A stretch of DNA of 64,000 nt from Methanobacteriota archaeon (GTDB lineage: Archaea > Thermoplasmatota > Poseidoniia > Poseidoniales > Thalassarchaeaceae). The position numbers were made by a program, and so were the translations under genes. Each line of letters starts with the position of its first letter. The first letter of the stretch is position 1. Shown one piece after another: positions 46,986 to 56,600 of this stretch. The DNA lies in contig JABIKU010000025.1 in assembly GCA_018654845.1 (NCBI GenBank), forward strand, positions 36,437-100,436. Direction: 5' to 3'. Under the pieces are notes generated by a model. It worked only from the letters and a program-made list of their open reading frames with translations, made no database searches and was not told the origin of the DNA.

Positions 46986-47783
46986 ATGACTGATCTACTG
47001 AATGAAAACTTTCCATACGCTGAAAAAATACTCGCTGGTCGCACCGCACTAGTTTGCGGTGCGTCAAAAGGCATTGGTCGAGCCAGCGCGATTATGCTGG
47101 CTCGAGCTGGCGCTCGCGTCATCGCTTGCGCCCGCTCGGCTGAAGTTCTCGACGAATTGGTTAGAGAATTACACGGCTCTGGACATGAAACATTGGTGCT
47201 TGATTTGGAGGATGTCGAGGCGGTTAGAGAGGTTGTACTAGGCCTCGGAGTTGTCGACATTGTCATCAACAATGCAGGAGGGCCACCAGGTGGGCCGCTG
47301 TTGGGCAATAATTTGGATGAATTTGAAGGGCCATTTGCTCGTCATTTACACGCAGCACACACAATTGCGCAGATTCTTGCACCTCGAATGGCAGCTGCTG
47401 GATACGGTAGATTTGTCAATATTATTTCGACTTCGGTTCGCGAACCAATAGACAATATCGGATTATCTAACACTCTACGCGGGGCTATGGCGTCATGGTC
47501 AAAATCGCTGTCCCGTGAGCTCGACCCTTGCGTGACCATCAACAACATCATGCCAGGATTTACCGATACCGACCGACTCGGCTCACTTGCTGGCTCAATC
47601 TCTGAGCGCACTGGTAAAACCGTCGAAGAGGTTAGAGAAACTTGGATGAATTCTGTACCTATTCAGCGGCTGGTCGATCCATTTGAGACCGCTGCCGCAG
47701 TCACTTTCCTCTGTCTGCCATCGAGTGGTGCAATCAGAGGAATTAGTCTGGCTGTCGATGGTGGACGAATGCGCTCGATTTGA
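46986..47783 (+). CDS. Short-chain dehydrogenase/reductase (FabG-like)
   Basis: GRTALVCGASKGIGRASA (TGxxxGxG-like). VINNAGG. 12 nt after the previous stop. Confidence 0.8.
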   Translation: MTDLLNENFPYAEKILAGRTALVCGASKGIGRASAIMLARAGARVIACARSAEVLDELVRELHGSGHETLVLDLEDVEAVREVVLGLGVVDIVINNAGGPPGGPLLGNNLDEFEGPFARHLHAAHTIAQILAPRMAAAGYGRFVNIISTSVREPIDNIGLSNTLRGAMASWSKSLSRELDPCVTINNIMPGFTDTDRLGSLAGSISERTGKTVEEVRETWMNSVPIQRLVDPFETAAAVTFLCLPSSGAIRGISLAVDGGRMRSI

Positions 47784-47805
47784 AACGATTTTGGAGAGCT
47801 TCGAT

Positions 47806-49047
47806 ATGGATTTCGATATTTTCTTTTCTATTTCCCAAACTCCAGATACGTCTGGTTACACCCCCTCAGAAAATGAAATGTTTGCCAATTTTTTCGAACA
47901 AGTCGAGATGGCTGACGAACTTGGATTCGGAGTTGCTTGGGTAGCTCAAGCACACCTCTCAACTGAGGTGCAAAAGAAAAATTCAAAGCCTGTAGTACCA
48001 CATTATCCGGGTGAAGTTGGTCTGTGTACAGATTTCGTTCAAGTCGCTCAACAAATGTTCACCCGAACGAAGAATATTGAGGTAGGTAGCGCGGTGATGT
48101 GCCTTCTCGCCAACGGCGGACCAATCGCACATGCTGAGCGCGTTGGCTCCTTTTTGGCATTACATGGAATGAATCCAGATGAATCACGCAAGTTGCACAT
48201 CGGTTTTTCGGCCGGCCGCTTCGAATTCATGGCACGCCCATACGGAATCATCCCTCGCGACATTGTAGAAGAGGCCGCTTGGCCTGCACTTCGCGGGCAA
48301 ATATTCGCAGAGGCATCGGAGATTTTCCTACGTCTATTGAATGGTGAAGTAATCTCAACCAAAAATATTCGCAATACCACTCTTGCCCGTGCTAACTTCC
48401 GCTCCGATGAAGATTGGCAAGACGTGCAGGATGCAGCTGTCGAGTTGGGCGGCTTAGACACGATGCCTGAATCAATTGATATCGCACCGCGCTACGATTT
48501 TGAAGATATCAAAATAATTCCACAAGACTGGCGCCGAGATTTGCTGAGTTTGATTCTCGGAAGTCACGACCCGCGTTTACAGATCGAGGTAAACAAATGG
48601 GCACCAGTTCAAGTGTTCAACCTCTCGATAACACCACCACATTTGATTGATGCAACGCATGATAGGATGGCTGAGCATTACCACCCCAACGGTGGAAAAT
48701 GGCAACGCTCAATGATGCCGAGAACAGTCATGATCTTTGTCAACGATGAGAACGGACTGACTGCACAAGAGTGCAGCGCGGCAGCTCACGAAGAGGCATC
48801 TATGGCTCTAAATACCTACTGGAATGCATTGGAAGGGACGATTGACCCGGCAAAGGTAGCGAAGGCAACTGACAATGCAGTAATCGGCAATGTCGAGGAA
48901 GTTGCTATACAAATTCGCGAACGATTCCACCCTGATGACCGACTAATGTGCTGGTTCGATTTCTTCAATCACGACTCAGCGCGCGTTCAAAGAAACATGG
49001 ACGCATTCATGACAAAGGTCGCGCCCCGCGTGAACGGAGGCGAGTAA
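47806..49047 (+). CDS. Luciferase-like monooxygenase (LLM) family flavin- or F420-dependent oxidoreductase
   Basis: MDFDIFFSISQTP...FFEQVEMADELGFGVAWVAQAHLS is a TIM-barrel LLM N-terminus, 413 aa. ATG at 47806; the track ORF's 5' extension overlaps the SDR gene. Confidence 0.68.
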   Translation: MDFDIFFSISQTPDTSGYTPSENEMFANFFEQVEMADELGFGVAWVAQAHLSTEVQKKNSKPVVPHYPGEVGLCTDFVQVAQQMFTRTKNIEVGSAVMCLLANGGPIAHAERVGSFLALHGMNPDESRKLHIGFSAGRFEFMARPYGIIPRDIVEEAAWPALRGQIFAEASEIFLRLLNGEVISTKNIRNTTLARANFRSDEDWQDVQDAAVELGGLDTMPESIDIAPRYDFEDIKIIPQDWRRDLLSLILGSHDPRLQIEVNKWAPVQVFNLSITPPHLIDATHDRMAEHYHPNGGKWQRSMMPRTVMIFVNDENGLTAQECSAAAHEEASMALNTYWNALEGTIDPAKVAKATDNAVIGNVEEVAIQIRERFHPDDRLMCWFDFFNHDSARVQRNMDAFMTKVAPRVNGGE

Positions 49048-50226
49048 ATGTCAGCACATCGAACTGAACAACCATCATCGGTAGCACCCGGTAGACCCGG
49101 CTCAGGTGTATTTCCAACCAATCCTCTAGGCGAGAAGCACGAAGGTATCGCAACAGGACGCGATGTCGAGTGGGAGCCGCTGGTCGATTTCCGTCGCATG
49201 GACGTTTCTGAAAACACGATTCACGGCGCCATCGCTTGGGCGCATGGCGACGAAATAATCCACTCTTTCGGTGGCAACGTTCTCGTCTACGGCCGCTCGA
49301 TGATGAAACCGCTGATGATCAAGGCATTTACCGAAGCCCTATCCGAACTCGATTGGAAGCAGAAGGCTATCGCCTGCTCCTCGCACAATGGTGACACAGA
49401 ACACGTCGCTGCCGCGCAGTCACTCCTTTCTGAATCAGAATGGGGATTGATGCAATGCCCACTAGATGTACCGCTAATTCAATTCGGACGCCAGGTTCGC
49501 CGCCCTCGCCGCTGGTTCCACACCTGTTCTGGTGAACACGCTGCAATCCTCAAAGCAATGAGAAAAATGGGCATGAACCGCGCCGGCTACACCTTGCCAT
49601 CCTCACCTTGGTTTCCGATGTATTTGGATACGCTTCGCGAATACATGAATAAGCCCGATTGGGAACCGCTCCGCGTTGCCAAAGACGGCTGCGGTTTCCC
49701 GACCGTTTCAAACACGGTCGATGAACTCGCGGTGATGTTTGCAGGATTAGCAACAAATCGTGATAAAGATTGGATTTGGGAAGCGATGAATAAGCATCCT
49801 GACCTAATTGGTGGTTTCAATCGACTCGATTCAACCTGCCTCAAAGCAGGAGAAGGCAAACTGATTGCAAAAGAAGGGGCGGATGGTCTGCTTGGATTAG
49901 CTATTCACCATCCAGATTGGCCCAAAGGTTTGGGAATTGTAATTAAGATTGCACACGGCTGGAATTCTCAGGCAACATGGTATGTGGCACGAGCAGTATT
50001 AGGGGTGTTGGGAATACAACTTCGCAACCCATATCCGCTACACCGGCAAAAGGCATTTATCGTCCCAGGAATTGTTCCTGACAGCTACCATAATGAACTT
50101 GAAAAGGTCGTAACTTGGGATGAATGGGATCCTAACCAAGACAGTTTTTCACTCGATTTTTCCGAATACACCTCCTCTCAGACACGTGCAAACCCTTACT
50201 CAAATGAAGGCAATTTGGAGGGATGA
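49048..50226 (+). CDS. Asparaginase-II-fold (PF06089-like) protein
   Basis: YGRSMMKPLMIKAF, ACSSHNGDTEHV, CSGEHAAILKAM, KDGCGFPT and LIAKEGADGL parallel the Rhizobium etli AnsA motifs as I recall them (RSAAKPAQA, CASHSSEDRH, CSGKHVGML, TDGCNLPT, VGKLGADA). The start abuts the previous stop (TAAATG). Confidence 0.6.
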   Translation: MSAHRTEQPSSVAPGRPGSGVFPTNPLGEKHEGIATGRDVEWEPLVDFRRMDVSENTIHGAIAWAHGDEIIHSFGGNVLVYGRSMMKPLMIKAFTEALSELDWKQKAIACSSHNGDTEHVAAAQSLLSESEWGLMQCPLDVPLIQFGRQVRRPRRWFHTCSGEHAAILKAMRKMGMNRAGYTLPSSPWFPMYLDTLREYMNKPDWEPLRVAKDGCGFPTVSNTVDELAVMFAGLATNRDKDWIWEAMNKHPDLIGGFNRLDSTCLKAGEGKLIAKEGADGLLGLAIHHPDWPKGLGIVIKIAHGWNSQATWYVARAVLGVLGIQLRNPYPLHRQKAFIVPGIVPDSYHNELEKVVTWDEWDPNQDSFSLDFSEYTSSQTRANPYSNEGNLEG

Positions 50227-51743
50227 AATTGGAGCCTGAAAAGTGCTGTGAATCGGGCTGCATTCCTTGTGAGCGAGACCGTGAGGGGGAAGCTCCATTC
50301 GACCTCGAGAATTATGTGAACGGTAAGTTCGTTTCTCATTCAAATGAAGATTGGTTGAATGTGCTTGAACCCGCGACCGGCTATCGCTTCGCGAGGGTTC
50401 CACTGTCCGGCACAGATGATGTCGATGCGGCAGTTTCTGCTGCGCGAGGCGCTCAGGCTGAGTGGGGCGGACTAAGTTTTGGCGAGCGAGCAGATTGGCT
50501 TGATAAAATCGCAGATGCTTTGGAGAAAAAGTACGAAGAAATCGCTGCACTAGAAAGCCGTGACACCGGCAAGCCAATCGCTCTGGCTCGTGCTGTTGAT
50601 GCTTACCGTTCGGTTGCAAACTTCCGCTTTTTCGCTGGCTTAATTCGCGAAAAATCAGCAAAACCAGAAGAGCATTTCGAGATGGATGATGCGACAAATA
50701 TTGTCGTTTCAAACCCAGTTGGTGTGGCTGCGCTGATTACACCATGGAATCTTCCTCTCTACTTGTTGAGTTGGAAGGTTGCACCGGCTATCGGCATGGG
50801 AAATACTGTAGTTTGCAAACCCTCTGAATTGACGCCGATGACTGCGAATTTACTGATGGAAACTTTGCACGAGATTGGCCTGCCTGCGGGTGTAGTCAAT
50901 CTCATTCACGGGGATGGGGCTGGAGCGGGAAGCCCGCTCACCTCACACGCGAATGTCGATTTGGTATCATTTACTGGAGGTACTGCAACTGGAGCGAAAG
51001 TAGCTGAAGCTGCCGCGCCTCAATTCAAAAAACTCAGCCTTGAACTGGGCGGCAAAAATGCCAGCATAATCTTCGATGATTGCGATCTTGAGAAGACTGT
51101 TGAAGGAGTTGTTCGCGCGAGTTTTCTTAACTCAGGCCAAGTCTGCTTATGTGGCTCACGCATATTGATTCAATCCGGAATTTACGACGAATTTGTCAAA
51201 AAATTCGTCGACGCCGTAGAAGGGATGAAAATCGGCGACCCAAGTGAGGACTCCACCGAACTGGGCGCAATTATTTCGGCGGACCACTTGGAAAAAGTTG
51301 AGTCCTATGTCACACTTGCGAAGGAGGAAGGAGGCACTACTTTGACCGGAGGCAAACCTTGTATTCCGAACGAGTTTGAACACGGATACTGGCTTGCTCC
51401 GACAGTGATTGAAGGACTCGCACCCGATTCACGCTGCTCAACAGAGGAAATCTTCGGACCCGTCGTCACCCTTCACAAATTCGAGACAGAGGATGATGCC
51501 GTAGCAATCGCCAATGGAACGCGCTACGGCTTAGCTGGAAGCGTCTGGGTCGGCGACTTGGACAAGGGTCGACGAGTCGCCGAGAACATACACACCGGCA
51601 TGGTGTGGGTCAACACATGGTTACACCGCGATCTCAGAGTACCTTTCGGGGGTGTCAAAGACAGCGGCGTTGGCAGAGAGGGGGGCCGCTGGAGTTTGGG
51701 CTTTTTCTCAGAGGCGATGAATATCTGCCTCAAACATGACTGA
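50223..51743 (+). CDS. NAD(P)-dependent aldehyde dehydrogenase with Cys-rich N-terminal extension
   Basis: ALDH core: NYVNGKFV, WNLPL, LELGGKNA, FLNSGQVCLCGSR, EEIFGPV. N-terminal EPEKCCESGCIPCERD. ATGA overlap with the previous gene. Confidence 0.85.
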   Translation: MKLEPEKCCESGCIPCERDREGEAPFDLENYVNGKFVSHSNEDWLNVLEPATGYRFARVPLSGTDDVDAAVSAARGAQAEWGGLSFGERADWLDKIADALEKKYEEIAALESRDTGKPIALARAVDAYRSVANFRFFAGLIREKSAKPEEHFEMDDATNIVVSNPVGVAALITPWNLPLYLLSWKVAPAIGMGNTVVCKPSELTPMTANLLMETLHEIGLPAGVVNLIHGDGAGAGSPLTSHANVDLVSFTGGTATGAKVAEAAAPQFKKLSLELGGKNASIIFDDCDLEKTVEGVVRASFLNSGQVCLCGSRILIQSGIYDEFVKKFVDAVEGMKIGDPSEDSTELGAIISADHLEKVESYVTLAKEEGGTTLTGGKPCIPNEFEHGYWLAPTVIEGLAPDSRCSTEEIFGPVVTLHKFETEDDAVAIANGTRYGLAGSVWVGDLDKGRRVAENIHTGMVWVNTWLHRDLRVPFGGVKDSGVGREGGRWSLGFFSEAMNICLKHD

Positions 51744-51816
51744 ACAAATTACAAGATGAAAAAATGTTCCGTAGGAACAACTGAAAGAGAAACACGCCCG
51801 CAATGAGTTTGAGAAC

Positions 51817-52797
51817 ATGACTTCAGTTGGCATCATCGGACTCGGCGCGTATGTGCCACCGCACGAGATGAGCAATGCAGATTGGGAGGCGATTGTCGAG
51901 ACAAGCGATGAGTGGATTACCACGAAAACAGGGATGAAACATCGTCGAATTGCCGACAAAAACACAAATACTTCTGACTTGGCTGTTGAAGCTTGCAAAC
52001 AGGCTCTCGATGACGCTGGATTGGACGCTTCAGACATAGATTTGTTGATTCTCGCTACCTCTTCGCCCGACGTACCGCTCTCCTCGACTGCTGGCATTGT
52101 TCAGCACAAGTTAGGCTGCGTTAATTGCGGCGCTTTCGACATCAATGCTGTATGCGCCGGCTGGGTCCATGCATTGGATATTGGCGCTCGCTATGTTGGC
52201 ACTCCCGGTTACGACAGAGTTCTGGTCGTTGGCTCAGAAATCTACTCGCGAATTTTGAATTGGCAAGACCGCTCGACTTGCGTTCTGTTCGGCGATGGGG
52301 CTGGGGCAGCAGTGTTGTCCAAAGTTGAGGATGGCAAGGGCTTGCTCGGCTCCTGGCTGATGAGTGATGGTTCGGGCTCCTCGGTTATCGAGATCCCTGC
52401 AGGCGGGACTCGTGTACCGATTCCTAGTGAGAATTTTGAGGAAGGAATGCAATACTTCCACATGGACGGCCGTGCGGTTTGGGATTTTGCAATCGAAGCC
52501 TTTCCACAGGCTGTTCATGGTGCTTTGGCTCGGGCAGGCAAGACGATTGAGGATGTCGATTTCGTAATTCCCCATCAAGCCAATATCAATATCATCAAAA
52601 CTGGAATGGAAAAACTCGGTCTGCCGATGTCTAAAACTTTCACAAATTTGCACAAATACGGCAACACCGCTGGTGCGAGTGTGCCTATCGCTATGCGCGA
52701 AGCGATGGATGAGGGACTCATCAAAGAAGGCGATTTAGTGGTCACCGCCGCATTCGGTGGCGGCCTTGCTTGGGGCGCAAATGTAATTCAATTCTGA
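51817..52797 (+). CDS. fabH: Beta-ketoacyl-ACP synthase III-like thiolase (FabH/KAS III family)
   Basis: GLGAYVPPHEMSNADWEAIVETSDEWITTKTGMKHRRIA. NAVCAGWVHAL (active Cys). IPHQANINII (His). YGNTAGASVP (Asn). GGGLAWG. Confidence 0.82.
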   Translation: MTSVGIIGLGAYVPPHEMSNADWEAIVETSDEWITTKTGMKHRRIADKNTNTSDLAVEACKQALDDAGLDASDIDLLILATSSPDVPLSSTAGIVQHKLGCVNCGAFDINAVCAGWVHALDIGARYVGTPGYDRVLVVGSEIYSRILNWQDRSTCVLFGDGAGAAVLSKVEDGKGLLGSWLMSDGSGSSVIEIPAGGTRVPIPSENFEEGMQYFHMDGRAVWDFAIEAFPQAVHGALARAGKTIEDVDFVIPHQANINIIKTGMEKLGLPMSKTFTNLHKYGNTAGASVPIAMREAMDEGLIKEGDLVVTAAFGGGLAWGANVIQF

Positions 52798-52812
52798 GGG
52801 AAACTTAGATTT

Positions 52813-53109
52813 TCAATTTTGTGAAAGGATTGCAAAAATAGACGCAATCTCGACCGCTCCGAAATTGTGTGAATCTTCACTAGCGGTCGGGTCGGGATTA
52901 TCGCCGACGAGGAAGGCTTTGCCTTCAGTTATTGATTGGATCCGTTTGATAATCCTCAAGTCCGGCCTGAATGGATGATCGAGCAAGACGATTTGGTCGA
53001 CTTCTAGCGCGTCTGCCTCGACCTTTTCGAATCTAGCAGTACTACCCGCAGGGAGGTTCGGCCACATCGAGTCGCCGTTAACTACTACATTCAGGAAGCG
53101 CGAATCCAT
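52813..53109 (-). CDS. sodX: NiSOD maturation protease (SodX, S26-like)
   Basis: VVNGDSMWPNLPAGS (GDSM-x-P Ser nucleophile). IKRI (Lys). FLVGDN. Overlaps the sodN 3' end by 19 nt. Confidence 0.7.
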   Translation of the reverse strand: MDSRFLNVVVNGDSMWPNLPAGSTARFEKVEADALEVDQIVLLDHPFRPDLRIIKRIQSITEGKAFLVGDNPDPTASEDSHNFGAVEIASIFAILSQN

Positions 53110-53591
53110 GGAACATCACGACCTTTCGCGGTCCAGAATATGTGGTGAATCGTTTCGACAGCATCCATCAATTCCTGTGCATGTTGCTCAGAAACTTCGA
53201 CCTTGCAGGCTGAGCAAAGTTTTGTTGCCTGCCAGAAAGTATCGTGTAAATCGGGATTCGCATCGAGATGTTGAGGCTTGAAGAAATCAGTCCAAAGAAT
53301 TAGAAGTTCATCCTTACACTTTTGTGATTCTTCTTCCTTGATTGCTGAATAGCGATTCAATGTCATCACGTTTTGCGGGTTAGACATCGCTTCCTCACCC
53401 ATCAATGCAACCATTTTCAGGGTCATAGATTGTACTGCTTCTGCTGCGATACGAGCGCTTGCTGGGTCATAGACTCCACAAGGCCCATCGCAATGTGCAC
53501 TCGCTTCAATTGTTAATATCATCTCATTTGTTGACTCTGTTTCACTCATACTGTCACCACAGAATAGGCCCACTGAGTGTTTGTCTATCAA
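53091..53591 (-). CDS. sodN: Nickel superoxide dismutase precursor
   Basis: ASA-HCDGPCGVYDPASARIAAE contains the Ni-hook (HCxxPCGVYDP) after a leader. Helical-bundle-sized remainder. The start may be 53591, 53549 or 53522. Confidence 0.85.
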   Translation of the reverse strand: MIDKHSVGLFCGDSMSETESTNEMILTIEASAHCDGPCGVYDPASARIAAEAVQSMTLKMVALMGEEAMSNPQNVMTLNRYSAIKEEESQKCKDELLILWTDFFKPQHLDANPDLHDTFWQATKLCSACKVEVSEQHAQELMDAVETIHHIFWTAKGRDVPWIRAS

Positions 53592-53663
53592 TGCTAGCCT
53601 AGCCTAAAGCTGAGTCGCTAGTGGAAGTTCGCCCATAATTTGCGAGTTTACTCACTTGTGCTT

Positions 53664-56600
53664 TCAGTTGTGGTATGTAATCCATCCACCGGTCGCAGCA
53701 TCATGTTTGAGAATAGTTCCATCCATATTCATGCACCAAACCTGCCCGGTTTCATCCTTCCAAACCTGTTGACCATGTGCGTTGATCGGCGTGCCAGCGG
53801 GCGGAGCGATAACCGATTTTGGTGGAGCCGGTAATTCAGATAGTAAATCATCTAGGCCAGTCATATTACCCACATCAAGTTCCTGAGTAGGTTCAGGTTC
53901 AGAATCAGGTTCAAGCTCAGGTTCTGGTGTGTATTGTAAAATCGGGTCAGCCTCAGATGCAACATCGTCATCACTGAAACCTGCATCTGTCGCTGAATCG
54001 GAAATCGTTGAAACACCTGCCATCTCCATTGGTTCTAATTCGCCTACGCCGACTCCAACATGACCTTGTGACTCAGGGGTAGAATCCTCTTCACTATCTT
54101 CTGATTTCTGGCGCAGACCGAAAACTACAGCAGCGCCAATTACAACAAGGGCTGCAATTCCTGCCATAATATCAATCAATAAGTCGAATGTTGTCTGGTA
54201 TCGAGCATTATCTGGGTGGGAATCTTGGTTATTCCCGACTCCATCCCCATCATCATCTAAAGTTTCAGAAATATCGTTCGGGAATGCATCCTCCGGGTCA
54301 AGCACTCCGTCATTATCACTATCTGCGAAGAGGGGGTTTGTGCCTTCTGCAATTTCTTTCTCATCCGACCAACCATCATCATCATCATCGGTATCTGCAT
54401 TATTCCCGATACCGTCACCATCGGTATCGACCCATTCCATAGCATCGAGTTTAGCCCAATCAGAGATGTCTGAATATCCATCATTATCATCATCAGTATC
54501 GGACTTATCGCAGATTCCATCTTCATCAGTATCTATTGGAACATCACCGATAAGTTCAGAATCCGTTTCACAAATTGCTTCGGTCGTATCGCTCCAACCA
54601 TCGCCATCATCATCAGTGTCGGCATTATTTCCGATTCCATCGCCGTCGGTATCCTCCCACTCTAGATTATCTTGAGGGAAGGGGTCGTCGGTATCTTCGA
54701 CGCCATCATTGTCGTCATCAGAATCTTCCCCCTCATCTTGGCATCCATCACCGTCTGCGTCAGTGTCAACATTGCTAATCCAGCCAGTCAATCCAGGTGA
54801 GCAATCATCGATGATATCCAATCTTCCATCTCCATCGTCATCAGGGTCGTTTTCATCGGTTGTTCTGTCACCATCGGTATCGAGAACACAGTCGTCGATT
54901 GAATCAGCTCCTAATTCTAGAGTGATGTAAAAATTCGGACAATTTGTCAAGTAAGTACTACCATTTGAATTGGTGTAGAAATCAAGAGGGTTAATTGTTT
55001 GTGATGCTGAACCGTCACTTGCAACATAATATCCTGCATCCGCTTCAATGCAATCTGTCGCTTGGTAATTCGGTTGATAAGTTCCTGAAACACACTCAAT
55101 TTGTGCCGCCGCCATCGTTGTAGCAACATAATTTCCTGGCTCTGAATTCATACATTCAGTTGCTCCCTGAGCAGGTTGGTAACGTCCGACAGGGCACTCG
55201 ATATAGCCAGATTGGCCAGTTGTTGAGATATATGTTCCAGCTGGCGAGTCGATACAACTCGATTGGCCAATCACCGGCTGATAAGTCCCTAAACCGCATT
55301 CGGTTTGGTCAGCAGATCCGGAATTTGCGACGAAATGTCCAGCCATCGCTTGTAGGCAATCGCTAGACAGCGATGATCCACTCATTGGATTGTAAGTTCC
55401 AAGTGAACATTCTGTTTGTATTGCTGAACCAGGTGAAGGAACAAAATTACCAGGATCGGCGTAGTAACAGCCGGCTTGAGCTGCTTGAGGTTGGTATGTG
55501 CCGACTGCACACTCTGTTTGTGATTCTGCTGCGGTTGAATCAACATAATTGCCAGCATCTGCATCGGTACATGTTGATTGACCGGTTTGGTCTGTATATG
55601 TTCCAATTCCACATTCTAATTCTGTATCACTTCCGGAATTTGGAACGTAATGGCCGGTAGACGCTGCGATACAATCTGAAGATGAAATTGAACCGGAATT
55701 CGGATTATATGTACCGGCCGCGCAAGGCGTCTGGCTTGGTGAACCGGTAACTCCAACGTAATGACCTGGATCGGCAATCAGACAATCTATCGAGCCAGTA
55801 ATGGGTTGATAGGTACCAAGATCGCATGCAAATTGTGTCGCTGATGCGTTGATATCAACATAATATCCAGCATCGGTATTCAGGCAGCGAGTTTGGCCAG
55901 TATTTGGTTGATAGGTGCCAGCAGAGCAAGGAGTCTGAGTAGTCGAAGCGTTCCCAGCTGAGAAAAACCCAGGACTTGCATAGAGGCAGTTCGCCTGGCC
56001 ACCACTCGGCTGATAAGTTCCAGGAACGCAAGCAGTTTGGCTCGTTGCAGCTGTAGTTGGAACATGATATCCGGCTGCTGCATTCAAGCAGTACGTCTGC
56101 CCAGTATTCGGTTGATAGGTGCCAAGATCGCAGGCGAGTTGGGAATCGGAGCCGCTGCTTGCAACATAATATCCAGCATCGGCATCATTACAGAAATATT
56201 GTCCAGTCAATGGCTGATATGTTCCGGCACTGCACGGTGTTTCTGAGGTCGCGCCAAGCAATGCGACGTAATACCCAGCATTCGCAGGTGTTTGGTATGA
56301 CGATGCGGCAGCAGGAACGAAATATCCTAAAGAAGCGGTAACACAACTAATTTGGCCGTACTGAGGTTGGTAAGTACCTGCAGAACAAGCGGTTTGAGAT
56401 GTTGACCCGACTCCAGCAACATAGTATCCAGGATCTGCTAAATCACATGAATCACTACCTGAATTTGGTTGATAAGTTCCAGTTGAACACTCGATTTGAC
56501 GTGCGCTAATTTCGACGTCTAACGAATAGTCAGGGTCGCCGATTAATGTTCCATCCGCTATATTGAAAAGCCATATTTTGAATGAATAAGCGCCTGTTCC

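Noticed and set aside
46600-47308. Minus-strand ORFs of 155 aa and 115 aa across the formyltransferase and SDR genes. Similar shadow ORFs occur at 48048-48461, 50200-50712, 51708-52097 and 52234-52653.
   Set aside because: All are antisense to motif-supported plus-strand genes of the operon. Their composition is Arg/Ser/Pro-rich and typical of shadow frames.
54200-54900. Short periodic DNA repeats that could be mistaken for a tandem-repeat or CRISPR-like locus
   Set aside because: The periodicity is in-frame coding for Asp-rich TSP3-like units inside the 1630-aa ORF. There is no repeat-spacer architecture.
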